A DNA stretch of 64,000 bases from Anaerovoracaceae bacterium (GTDB lineage: Bacteria; Bacillota; Clostridia; Peptostreptococcales; Anaerovoracaceae). The notes below the pieces were generated by a model, which was given only the letters and a program-made list of their open reading frames with translations, was not told the DNA's origin and made no database searches. Positions 17,059 through 25,947 of this stretch are shown here, piece after piece. The position numbers were made by a program, and so were the translations under genes. The stretch covers positions 2,262 through 66,261 of the forward strand of contig JBMNUZ010000011.1 in NCBI GenBank assembly GCA_050946535.1, in the 5' to 3' direction. Each line of letters begins with the position of its first letter. Positions within the stretch are counted from its first letter, which is position 1.

Positions 17059-17110
17059 GCGTTAATTCACGGCGGTTATTCGCTGCGTTAATTCACGGCG
17101 TTTATTCGCT
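17059..17110. repeat. 26-nt perfect-tandem duplication (1 mismatch) spanning the sppA stop codon
   Basis: GCGTTAATTCACGGCG(G/T)TTATTCGCT occurs at 17059-17084 and 17085-17110. The stop codon is at 17102-17104. Confidence 0.95.
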
Positions 17111-18205
17111 GTCGTCGTTTGCCAGATCGAACGCCTCGTAATAGAAACCGTAGCTGCTGTTTTCGGCTATGTAGTCCATGGTTTTTTCAACATCGGACTT
17201 GCCGCGGTTCTCGGCGAACTCTTTCACCGACTGCTCGATGCCGAGGAGAATATCCCTGAGCGTCTGCTGAGGCTGATACTCAACGGTCTGGAAGTTCGAC
17301 GTTCCGGCAGCCTTCTTCATAAGCTTCTTGGCATGGTTGTAATCGCCGATCTCATCTATCAGGCCGTTTTCCAGAGCCTGCGAAGCCGTGTATGTGCGTC
17401 CGTCTCCGATCTGATAAACGGTGGTGACAGGAATGTCTCTTCCCTCTGCCACGATGCCTGCGAACCTCAGGTAATATTCGTCCACCTGGCTCTGGTAGAT
17501 CTGGCGCTGTTCGTCCGTAAGCGGCTGGAACGGATTGCCCATCGTCTTGTTAGGACCGCTCTTGATGTAATCAACTGAAACTCCCATGTTGACGAGCAGC
17601 TGGCTGGCGTCGATCACAGGACCCATGTAGACTCCGATGGAACCAGTCGTGCATAGTTCGTTCGCGATGATCTTGTCCGCATCGGCTGAAATATAGTATG
17701 CTCCCGAACACGCTTCCTCGTCGAAATACGCGTAGAGCGGACGTCCCGTCTTATCCATGTAACTTTCCAGCGCGTTATATAGCTCGTCTGACTCGAACAC
17801 GCTGCCGCCCGGTGAATTTATGTAAAGCAGAATGCCCTTGTTATCGGGATCGTTTTTCATGGTTTTTATCTGTTTGAGTGTCCAATCGTGCTGGTACGTG
17901 CTGCTTGAATCACTTGAACTGATTATCTCGCCATCTATCACGAGCACTCCCACGTACGGACCGTCTGCGCCGTAATCGGCCTGTCCGCTGGAACCGCCCT
18001 GGATGGCAGCCGCGATGATTCCGACTCCGGCACAGATAACCGCGAGCACGATTATGATAATTATGCCTTTCTTGAACGTGAAGCCCTTCTTCTTTTTTAC
18101 CGCGGCCTCGGATACCGCCGCCCCGGACGCGCCGGTGCCGATACCGTCAGCCTTTACAAATTCTATATTTTCTATGTCGCTGTTTTTGTTGTCGTTTTCT
18201 TTCAT
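17102..18205 (-). CDS. sppA: Signal peptide peptidase SppA (36K type, S49)
   Basis: N-terminal TM segment; motif GILLYINSPGGSV; second half-domain. Confidence 0.92.
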   Translation of the reverse strand: MKENDNKNSDIENIEFVKADGIGTGASGAAVSEAAVKKKKGFTFKKGIIIIIVLAVICAGVGIIAAAIQGGSSGQADYGADGPYVGVLVIDGEIISSSDSSSTYQHDWTLKQIKTMKNDPDNKGILLYINSPGGSVFESDELYNALESYMDKTGRPLYAYFDEEACSGAYYISADADKIIANELCTTGSIGVYMGPVIDASQLLVNMGVSVDYIKSGPNKTMGNPFQPLTDEQRQIYQSQVDEYYLRFAGIVAEGRDIPVTTVYQIGDGRTYTASQALENGLIDEIGDYNHAKKLMKKAAGTSNFQTVEYQPQQTLRDILLGIEQSVKEFAENRGKSDVEKTMDYIAENSSYGFYYEAFDLANDDSE

Positions 18206-18315
18206 AAAAACTACCTCTCACATAAAAAACTTCGCCCGATGGTTTTAGTTTATCACATATTTCCCCGTTAACAATATATTATGAATGAATCATGAACGAA
18301 TACGGCTGTATCTTG

Positions 18316-18368
18316 TTATCAGCGCATAGAATCCGGCCTCTGATGTTTATCAGCGCATAGAATCCGGC
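18316..18368. repeat. 22-nt exact duplication of the DMT gene 3' end including its stop codon
   Basis: TTATCAGCGCATAGAATCCGGC occurs at 18316-18337 and 18347-18368 (31-nt period). The stop codon is at 18350-18352. Confidence 0.95.
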
Positions 18369-19339
18369 TGCTTGGCGCCGTCCGCGATCTTCTCTCTCAC
18401 GCCGTTCCTGCGGGCCGATATTTTGTCCGGCAGAACCTGAGCCGATGCCACAGCGATGAAGATCAGCAGGCAGCCGATATATCCTCTCAGAGGCATCGTC
18501 TCGTGGAGCACTATCATGCCTGTTATCATCGAGAACACCGATTCGAGGCAGAGTATCAGCGACGCTTCGGAAGGGTCGGCTCCCTTGAGGCCCACGATCT
18601 GACATGTATACGCTATGCCGCTCGATAAGACGCCGGTGTAAAGCAGCGGTATCCAGCCCTGGAGAAGCGCCGTCACCGACGGATCTTCGAGGACGAACAT
18701 CGGTGCCAGGCCGAACGTGCCGGCGAAGAGAAACTGGACGCACGAAAGCTGCACTCCGTCTACCAGAGGCGTGTAGTGATCTATTATCAAAATGTGTACC
18801 GCGTAAAGCAGCGATGAAATCATGAGCATGACGTCGCCCGAGTTAAGCCTGAACTTTCCGGTATCGGACGACAGCAAATACAGTCCTGCCACACCTACTG
18901 CCACGCACAGCCAGATGACCGGCTTCACCCTTCTGCCCAGAATTATCGAAAGGACCGGAACGAGCACCGCATAAAGAGAGGTTATGAAGCCGGCCCTTCC
19001 GGCGCTGGCCGTCTCCAGGCTCACCTGCTGCAGCGTGGATGCCGCGAACAGCGCCATGCCGCAGAAGAAACCTCCGGTTATCAGATTTTTTCTGTACTTT
19101 ATTTTTTCTTCAGGATCCGCTTTTCCGCTGCCTTGAACAGCCTCCCGGCCGCTGCTGGAATTCTGCTTGAGATAAAAAAGATACGCTACGGGAATCAGGA
19201 ACAGTCCGCCAATAATATTTCTGACGCAGTTGAACGTCATCGCTCCGATATCGCCGCCTATCTTCTGGGCGACGAATGCAGACCCCCATATGAACGCTGC
19301 CGTGAGCAGCAGCAGATTGCTCTTAGTCTTCTGTTTCAT
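18350..19339 (-). CDS. DMT-superfamily (EamA) transporter
   Basis: 329 aa, about 10 TM segments, LLLLTAAFIWGSAFVAQK N-terminus. Confidence 0.9.
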   Translation of the reverse strand: MKQKTKSNLLLLTAAFIWGSAFVAQKIGGDIGAMTFNCVRNIIGGLFLIPVAYLFYLKQNSSSGREAVQGSGKADPEEKIKYRKNLITGGFFCGMALFAASTLQQVSLETASAGRAGFITSLYAVLVPVLSIILGRRVKPVIWLCVAVGVAGLYLLSSDTGKFRLNSGDVMLMISSLLYAVHILIIDHYTPLVDGVQLSCVQFLFAGTFGLAPMFVLEDPSVTALLQGWIPLLYTGVLSSGIAYTCQIVGLKGADPSEASLILCLESVFSMITGMIVLHETMPLRGYIGCLLIFIAVASAQVLPDKISARRNGVREKIADGAKQPDSMR

Positions 19340-19449
19340 GTCTTCTCCCGATTACCGATTATATATATAAATTTAATTATACAGATTAAATGATTTGTCA
19401 CGTGAATACTGTTTACTATATCACAAAAAACAACGCCGTGAAATACGGA

Positions 19450-19479
19450 TTGTTATGCACCTGCGGGCATTGCTATAAT
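19450..19479 (+). promoter_or_regulatory. Candidate patB promoter
   Basis: TTGTTA, 18-nt spacer, TGcTATAAT (TATAAT at 19474-19479). Confidence 0.45.
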
Positions 19480-19554
19480 ATAAACGGACCGAAAATTCAT
19501 GAAAAAACAGCAGCAGACAATAATTTTAACAAGGAGACTATAAGAGGAGACGCA

Positions 19555-20745
19555 ATGACTGATTTCGACAAACATATAGAAAGACGCGGCACCTGCAGCA
19601 TGAAATACGATTCCGCATCGGCGATGAAAAAGCCTGAGGGGCTGCTGCCTCTCTGGGTGGCGGACATGGACTTCCAGGTACCCGCATGCGTGACAAAAGC
19701 TCTGAAAGAGCGTGCAGATCACGCCGTCTACGGATACAGTTTTCCAGGTGACAGTTACTACGAAGCTGTGACGAACTGGTTTGAGAGCAGATTCGATTAT
19801 AAGATCGACAGAAAATGGATCGTCACGACTCCAGGCGTAGTGTTCGCGCTGTGCCAGGCTGTAAATGCATTTACCAGACCCGGGGACGCGGTGCTCGTCA
19901 CGAAACCTGTTTACTATCCTTTCATGAGCGCCATCGAGAACAACGGCAGGCGCGTCGTAAACTCTCCGCTGGTTAACGAAGACGGATATTACACGATAGA
20001 CTTCGGCGATTTCGAACAGAAAATCATCGGCAACGATGTGAAGATGTTCATACTCTGCAGCCCTCACAATCCTGTGGGAAGAGTATGGAAGGAGGAGGAA
20101 CTGGACAATGCGGCTCAGATATGTGCAAAACACGGCGTCTTCGTCGTTTCTGACGAAATACACTGCGATTTCGTGTGGGGGAACGGCAGGCACGTTCCGT
20201 TCGCAAAAGCCGCTGAAAAAACAGACGGGCTTCACTACATCATATGCACCGCTCCGAGCAAGACATTCAACCTCGCCGGCCTGCAGTGCTCCAACATCAT
20301 CGTACCGGACGACGAAGACCGCAGGAAATACCGCAGGACGATAAGTGCAAACGGAGTTTTCGATCCGAACATAATGGGACTGACCGCCTGCCAGGCAGCG
20401 TACGCCGGCGGAGCAGAATGGCTCGGGGAACTTCGTTCGCATATATGGAAGAATATCGAATTCGCGGACAGCTTCATCAACGATAAAATTCCGGGCGTGA
20501 AGATGAGGAAACCAGAGGGTACGTACCTGATATGGCTCGACATGCGCGGTCTCGGCCTCAGCGCCGGCGAACTGGACGATTTCATAACAGACAAGGCAGG
20601 CCTGTGGCTCGACGGAGGGTCGATGTTCGGCGAGGAGGGCGATGGTTTCCAGCGCATCAACACCGCTTGTCAGACCGAAACACTCAGGCAGGCTCTTACA
20701 CAGCTCAAGAACGCTGCAGAAACGCTCACCGGCGGCAGCAAGTAG
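19555..20745 (+). CDS. patB: MalY/PatB-family C-S lyase (class I/II aminotransferase fold)
   Basis: FDKHIERRGTCSMKYD N-terminus, SPHNPVGRVW, and PLP-lysine motif SKTFNLAGL. Start at the ATG at 19555 after AGAGGAGA. Confidence 0.9.
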   Translation: MTDFDKHIERRGTCSMKYDSASAMKKPEGLLPLWVADMDFQVPACVTKALKERADHAVYGYSFPGDSYYEAVTNWFESRFDYKIDRKWIVTTPGVVFALCQAVNAFTRPGDAVLVTKPVYYPFMSAIENNGRRVVNSPLVNEDGYYTIDFGDFEQKIIGNDVKMFILCSPHNPVGRVWKEEELDNAAQICAKHGVFVVSDEIHCDFVWGNGRHVPFAKAAEKTDGLHYIICTAPSKTFNLAGLQCSNIIVPDDEDRRKYRRTISANGVFDPNIMGLTACQAAYAGGAEWLGELRSHIWKNIEFADSFINDKIPGVKMRKPEGTYLIWLDMRGLGLSAGELDDFITDKAGLWLDGGSMFGEEGDGFQRINTACQTETLRQALTQLKNAAETLTGGSK

Positions 20746-20774
20746 CTTAGCTCTCCGGCGGCAGCAAGCAGCTT
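20729..20774. repeat. 20-nt duplication of the patB 3' end including the stop codon
   Basis: CCGGCGGCAGCAAG(T/C)AGCTT occurs at 20729-20748 and 20755-20774. The TAG at 20743-20745 becomes CAG in the second copy. Confidence 0.95.
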
Positions 20775-20820
20775 GCCGGCATAAGTTAGGTTAAGCCTGA
20801 CACTTCAGAAAACACAAAAA

Positions 20821-20851
20821 GACGCAGAGTCTGTGATTCTGCGTCTTTTTC
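20821..20851 (+). terminator. patB terminator
   Basis: Stem GACGCAGA / TCTGCGTC followed by TTTTT. Confidence 0.7.
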
Positions 20852-21048
20852 GTTGTCCGTCCTCATCCATCAGGAGGGCTCTGCTGCATTCTTTCCGGAG
20901 AACCCTGCCTTCTTTCTTCAAGAAGATTTTGCAGCTTCTTCATGCAGGCTCCCGCAGATTTTTCAGGCCGGCTTACAGATTCTCCGGGCAGGAAGTCAGG
21001 TTCTTAAATGCTCCCGCATTCAGGACAGGTAACGTGCCTGAGTGCCTT

Positions 21049-23373
21049 CTATGTTTCCAGGTCTGATTTCCTGATATATGCGTTGTAGCTGTTGTAAAGG
21101 CTTCCGTCTTCGTTCGTTTCAAAGAAAGAAATGTAATAGAGTCCGGAGTCCTTCGCAGTCAGGCTGGACAGTTTTCCGAAGATGGTATGAGAAGCCGAAT
21201 ATAAGAAATCGTGCTGAAGAGACTCTGTATCCGTTACAATCTTCATGCCGTTGTCATCGGCGTAAATCTTAAGTCTGTCTATCGTCATGTCTTCGATAGA
21301 CTCGTCCTCAGAGCTGCCGTTTACATTCTGAACAAGCGCCGCAGCATATGACGATCCGTACTGCGACATGAGATCGAGACCGAGATTATTTCTCAGCCAC
21401 TCTAAAGTATGCGTGCAGTATGGCTGCAGCACGATATCTATCTCCTCGGTTCCCGAATCTATTTCCTGGCCTGTAAGCCCGCTGACAGAGCTGTCGTAAA
21501 TAGCAGCTGCCAGTCCGCTGTCAGTTTCCTCCGAGGCAGAAAGTGCATCTCTGTTTATCGTCGTCATGTCTCCCGTTTCCTGCGAGAAGCTCAGGATTCC
21601 TACAGGATTCTTGTTGATCGTGCTGATGTACTGATCGTAGCTTATCTCTTTTGCGTCAGCGTTTAACGCAGAGATAAGCCCGCTGATATCTGTATCCTTA
21701 GATATATCGAATCCGTTTTCATAATCTGACAGATCTATGTTCTCCGGACCGTATACCGTGGAATGGGTGATATCATCTTCGGACAGTTCTTCGATGCTGG
21801 CCTTCAGATGCTCCTGATACGAATCTGTATCGAAGATATCTTCGAACTGGCTGCTGTTTACTATCAAGTAAAGCGGAACAGAATATACTCTCGTTTCCGA
21901 AACAGCCGAATTCTCCGCATCAGCACCGATATGATATTCGATCTTCACTTCTGCATAATCTTCGTCAAGTAAGGTTCCGTCGTCTTTGCTCAGCGTGTAG
22001 AACGAATCAGACGTATATGTTCCGCATTCGTCTTTATTATCCAGAATCAGCTGGTGGAACTTCTTCGATGCCTCGATTCCTGTCTTGTCATTGAATACGA
22101 TCGTCCGATTGTCCTGAATCACGTCTGTATATGAAGAAGCCGACTGATCCGCAGTGTAAAATATATATCCGGAATTGTCGGAAAGAGCCGACGGCATGCC
22201 TGAAACGCTTACTGTAACAGATCCCGGCTCGGCCTGTATTCTGTTTTCGAAACCGAAGCCTCCTGTATTCATTATTCCGAAGAAAACGCACATGAACAGC
22301 ATAAAAGAGCCGATTATCCTGAACGTACGGCGGTCGAATATTCTGAACTGCTTGCGTATGATCATGATGCAGATGATAACCGCAGCCAGTGCGCCGATTA
22401 CAAAACCTGCGGCCGTAATCCAGAAGCTCGTATGGAACATTTCCCTGAACGTAAGTCCGACTACCGTCATTCCCAGTATTCCGAAAATAAACGCTATGAT
22501 CCATTCCATGGAATCGAACACAACTCCATATCCTGTGCGTTCGAGCTTCCTCTTGTTGTATAGGAAGACAGCGAGAATATATATCAGTATTGCTGCGCAG
22601 ATATAGATGATATTCGCCATACTCGTTCCGCTGTCATGATCGAGAAACTGATATGTCAGCGGAGATGTCGAAAGCGCTGCCGAGAGTTCTTTCGACGAAT
22701 CGAATCCGAACAGGAACATTTCTCCGTACATGATGAATATGGAAGCGAGCACAGGAGGCACTATATTGAATCCGATCGAAGCGATAGCCTGATGAATTCT
22801 CACGCCCGTTATCATCGCGGAGAGGATCGATACCGAAAGCACAAACAACATGCAGACCACCTGGCTGAAAAACCATCTGATAACCCGCGAAACCGAATAG
22901 AGATTCTCCATCTGTGCCGGATTGCTGTAGTACGATTCGCTGTAATAAACCGGATGCGCCAGGATAAGCAGCAGAAGGCAAGTAACGGCAAGGGGCAGTA
23001 TGCACAGTATAATCGCAGCCACCGTATGGCTGTTTATCAAGATGTTTCTTGTAAACGGCTGTGAATGTGCGATCAGCATCTCACCGTTGTTGTAGAGATA
23101 TCCGAACACGAGCGCCGAAGTAATTATCGGCATGAGTGTCGTAATGAGCAGAAACAACAGATATTTTCCTGAAAGCAGCGTATCTATGAAATCGGCCGCC
23201 TGGTTGACGATTTCCGGATCTGCCGACTCTGAAGCGTTGTACTGAAAGAGTATGATGAAAATTCCCGAAATGAAGTAAGCTATCAGCGTAATCAGCGACA
23301 TCGTCCAGTAATGCTTGAGATCTTCCTTTATCAGTGAACCGGAGAGCCTAAATGAAAATGTTTTTGACACCAT
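21049..23373 (-). CDS. Putative ABC transporter permease with a ~380-aa C-terminal extracytoplasmic domain
   Basis: About 10-12 hydrophobic helices in aa 1-390, followed by an acidic, soluble-looking domain. The ATG at 23373 is preceded by AGGAGG and overlaps the ATPase gene by 26 nt. Confidence 0.8.
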   Translation of the reverse strand: MVSKTFSFRLSGSLIKEDLKHYWTMSLITLIAYFISGIFIILFQYNASESADPEIVNQAADFIDTLLSGKYLLFLLITTLMPIITSALVFGYLYNNGEMLIAHSQPFTRNILINSHTVAAIILCILPLAVTCLLLLILAHPVYYSESYYSNPAQMENLYSVSRVIRWFFSQVVCMLFVLSVSILSAMITGVRIHQAIASIGFNIVPPVLASIFIMYGEMFLFGFDSSKELSAALSTSPLTYQFLDHDSGTSMANIIYICAAILIYILAVFLYNKRKLERTGYGVVFDSMEWIIAFIFGILGMTVVGLTFREMFHTSFWITAAGFVIGALAAVIICIMIIRKQFRIFDRRTFRIIGSFMLFMCVFFGIMNTGGFGFENRIQAEPGSVTVSVSGMPSALSDNSGYIFYTADQSASSYTDVIQDNRTIVFNDKTGIEASKKFHQLILDNKDECGTYTSDSFYTLSKDDGTLLDEDYAEVKIEYHIGADAENSAVSETRVYSVPLYLIVNSSQFEDIFDTDSYQEHLKASIEELSEDDITHSTVYGPENIDLSDYENGFDISKDTDISGLISALNADAKEISYDQYISTINKNPVGILSFSQETGDMTTINRDALSASEETDSGLAAAIYDSSVSGLTGQEIDSGTEEIDIVLQPYCTHTLEWLRNNLGLDLMSQYGSSYAAALVQNVNGSSEDESIEDMTIDRLKIYADDNGMKIVTDTESLQHDFLYSASHTIFGKLSSLTAKDSGLYYISFFETNEDGSLYNSYNAYIRKSDLET

Positions 23374-24253
23374 GGCTGACCTCCTGTTCCACAATAAAGA
23401 TCTCTTCGAGCGTCATCGGCAGAATATCGAGAACCACCGGCGAAAGCGATTCTATTTTCTTTCTGATATCGTTCTTGTCACCCTTCACGACAACGCTGGC
23501 GACGCTGCCCACGTTTTCCGCTTTGAGGACCTCGATTCCAGCCTCTTCAAGTTTGTCAGCAGCATCCGGCCTTCCCGGGAGGACGACCTGAATCTTGTGC
23601 ATGTTGTTCTTCAGCTCGTCGAGCTTCTGCTCAGTGATCATCCTGCCGTTTTCGATGATGCCCACAACATCGCAGATGTTCTCCACTTCGCGCAGATTGT
23701 GAGACGAAACGATTATCGAAGTCTTTTTTTCCGCAACATCCTTCTTCATCTCACGCCACACGATGCTCCGCACGACTGGATCGAGACCGTCAACCGGCTC
23801 GTCGAGCAGGATGTAGTCAGGATGAGTGCTGAGCATCAGCAGGAACGCCGCCTGTTTCTGCTGCCCTTTTGAAAGATATTTGAGCTTCATCTTCAGCTCG
23901 AACCCGAGCAGGCCTGAAAGTTCTTCGAACCTTGCGTTGTCCCATTCAGAATAGATACTGCTGATGAAGCCAGCCGCATCTTTAAGCGTATATAAAGGCA
24001 GTAAATTGAGATCATCCGGAATATATCCTATCCTGTCCTTTACAGACGGATTCTCCCATACAGGAACGCCGTCGTAAAGCACCTGGCCGGAATCGGGTTT
24101 CAATACGCCCGCTATCTGTTTGATAACGGTCGTCTTTCCTGCCCCGTTCTGGCCGATCAGCCCGTAGATCGAGCCCGTTTCGACATAAAGCGAAAGATCG
24201 CTGATGACCTCATGTCCTTCTATCGATTTGTAAAGATTTTTTACGGTTATCAT
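23348..24253 (-). CDS. ABC transporter ATP-binding protein
   Basis: Walker A GQNGAGKTT, signature LSKGQQKQ, Walker B ILLDEPVDGLD. Confidence 0.95.
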   Translation of the reverse strand: MITVKNLYKSIEGHEVISDLSLYVETGSIYGLIGQNGAGKTTVIKQIAGVLKPDSGQVLYDGVPVWENPSVKDRIGYIPDDLNLLPLYTLKDAAGFISSIYSEWDNARFEELSGLLGFELKMKLKYLSKGQQKQAAFLLMLSTHPDYILLDEPVDGLDPVVRSIVWREMKKDVAEKKTSIIVSSHNLREVENICDVVGIIENGRMITEQKLDELKNNMHKIQVVLPGRPDAADKLEEAGIEVLKAENVGSVASVVVKGDKNDIRKKIESLSPVVLDILPMTLEEIFIVEQEVSHGVKNIFI

Positions 24254-24295
24254 CGTCTCTCCTCAGCGTGCAGACTGCAGGCTGTACCTTTGTAC

Positions 24296-24325
24296 CTTCA
24301 ACTGTCAGGCCTTCAACTGTCAGGC
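24296..24325. repeat. 15-nt perfect tandem duplication CTTCAACTGTCAGGC x2
   Basis: Units at 24296-24310 and 24311-24325, beginning 2 nt downstream of the flippase stop and lying upstream of the ABC ATPase start. Confidence 0.95.
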
Positions 24326-24327
24326 CG

Positions 24328-25947
24328 TCACATTCTCGCAATCTTTGCGATTCTGCCTCCCATCGGGAACTGAACGAGTTCCTTCTTCGTAAAGCAGTGC
24401 ATCTTGATGATGAGGAACCCGTATACGACAACTGCCGCAAATATTGCTATGAGAAGCGGAACCCAGATGTTCCCTCCGAGCAGCATATGAAGCAGTACGT
24501 ACACTCCCCATGCCACAACGCCCATTACCGCGGAAGCGACTCCCGGGCGCAGGAATGTCCTGATCAAGTCCCATTTATGACCTGTGATACGGGCTATGGA
24601 TCGCATGTTGAGCACGCATACGATGAGCGGGAACGTCACGTTTCCTATGATCAGTCCGTAAACTCCCAGTCCTGTGAACTCGAGCAGAATGAATATAAGT
24701 ATGATGTGAATGACCAGCGAAATCGCTGAATGAATGACAGGAACCCTCATGTGGCTGCTGCCCTGGAGAATCGAAGTCGTGATCGTCGACAGCGCGTAGA
24801 ACACTACCGCCGCGGATCCGGTCTCCAGCAGAAGCGCCGCCATGCTCCTGTAGTCCTGAAGTCTCGGGAAAAGAACCGTGACGATCGGCAGGGCGAGCAC
24901 CGCAAGACCGACGGCCGAAGGAATCGCTATAGTCATGTTGAATTTTACGATCGAATTTATCTTGGAATTCGCTTCGTCGATATTGCCTACGACGTAGGCT
25001 GCCGACACTGCAGGAAGAGTCGAGGCCGCCATCGCCGTAGCTACCGCTACCGGCAGATTTACAAGCTGTATGTACTGAGTATTGAACACGCCCTGTATCG
25101 AACCCACGACAGCATCCGAAAATCCCTTGGAAGCCATGATATTGCTGAACATGAGATCGTCGATCGTATTTCCGATCTGATAGATGGTCTGGCTCAATAT
25201 GATCGGAAGGACCGTGAGAAATATCGACTTGTAGATGACCGAATCGGAATCGCGCTTCGCCAGCCCGCCCTGGGCTCCTCTGCGTATATTTCCCCGCTGA
25301 ATGAATGTAAGAACGATAAAAAACAGCAGTGCCGTAAACGCTCCGGAAAGAGTACCCATGGTACCGCCTGCCGCGGCCCACGAGTAAACATCGTCGGTGC
25401 CTGCAAACATCTGGGCCAGACTGTATGCCGCCACGATGCTGATGATAGCATTTACTATCTGCTCGATCACCTGAGATACCGCCGTCGGCGTCATCGAACC
25501 GTGGCCCTGGTAGAATCCTCTGAAAACGCCCAGAACCGCGACGATGAAAGTTGTAGGAGCGAGCACTCTGAGAGGCCTCGCCAGTCCTTCTCTCGCGTAG
25601 AGGTTTTCGAGGAAATCCGCCCCGAACCACAGGAGCGAGAATGCAGCGATACCGGCGATCAGCGCAAATATCAGCGCATGGCTGAATATCCGCATTTTGT
25701 TTTTATATTCCTTCAGCGCGATCTTCTCCGCTATCAGCTTCGAAACCGCCTGCGGAAGACTGTATGAAGAAAGCGTGAGTGCGATGTTGTATATTCCGAA
25801 AGCTACAGAATATATTCCGTTTCCCTGGTCTCCCAGGATATTGGCCATGGGGATTCTGTAGACAAATCCTATGATCTTAGTAATGATGCCCGCGACGGCG
25901 AGGATCGAACCCTGCACAAAGAGGCTTTTCTTCTGCTCAGAACTCAT
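24328..25947 (-). CDS. MOP-superfamily flippase (SpoVB/MurJ-like polysaccharide biosynthesis protein)
   Basis: 539 aa, about 14 TM segments, N-terminus GSILAVAGIITKIIGFVYRIPMANILGDQGNGIY. Confidence 0.88.
   Translation of the reverse strand: MSSEQKKSLFVQGSILAVAGIITKIIGFVYRIPMANILGDQGNGIYSVAFGIYNIALTLSSYSLPQAVSKLIAEKIALKEYKNKMRIFSHALIFALIAGIAAFSLLWFGADFLENLYAREGLARPLRVLAPTTFIVAVLGVFRGFYQGHGSMTPTAVSQVIEQIVNAIISIVAAYSLAQMFAGTDDVYSWAAAGGTMGTLSGAFTALLFFIVLTFIQRGNIRRGAQGGLAKRDSDSVIYKSIFLTVLPIILSQTIYQIGNTIDDLMFSNIMASKGFSDAVVGSIQGVFNTQYIQLVNLPVAVATAMAASTLPAVSAAYVVGNIDEANSKINSIVKFNMTIAIPSAVGLAVLALPIVTVLFPRLQDYRSMAALLLETGSAAVVFYALSTITTSILQGSSHMRVPVIHSAISLVIHIILIFILLEFTGLGVYGLIIGNVTFPLIVCVLNMRSIARITGHKWDLIRTFLRPGVASAVMGVVAWGVYVLLHMLLGGNIWVPLLIAIFAAVVVYGFLIIKMHCFTKKELVQFPMGGRIAKIARM

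Noticed and set aside
24575-25767. Very long alternative ORFs inside the flippase gene (351 aa in another - frame, 345 aa antisense on +).
   Set aside because: They have no RBS, an Arg/His/Gly-rich composition typical of off-frame translation, and complete overlap with a frame that gives a coherent 14-TM MOP protein. They are treated as shadow ORFs.
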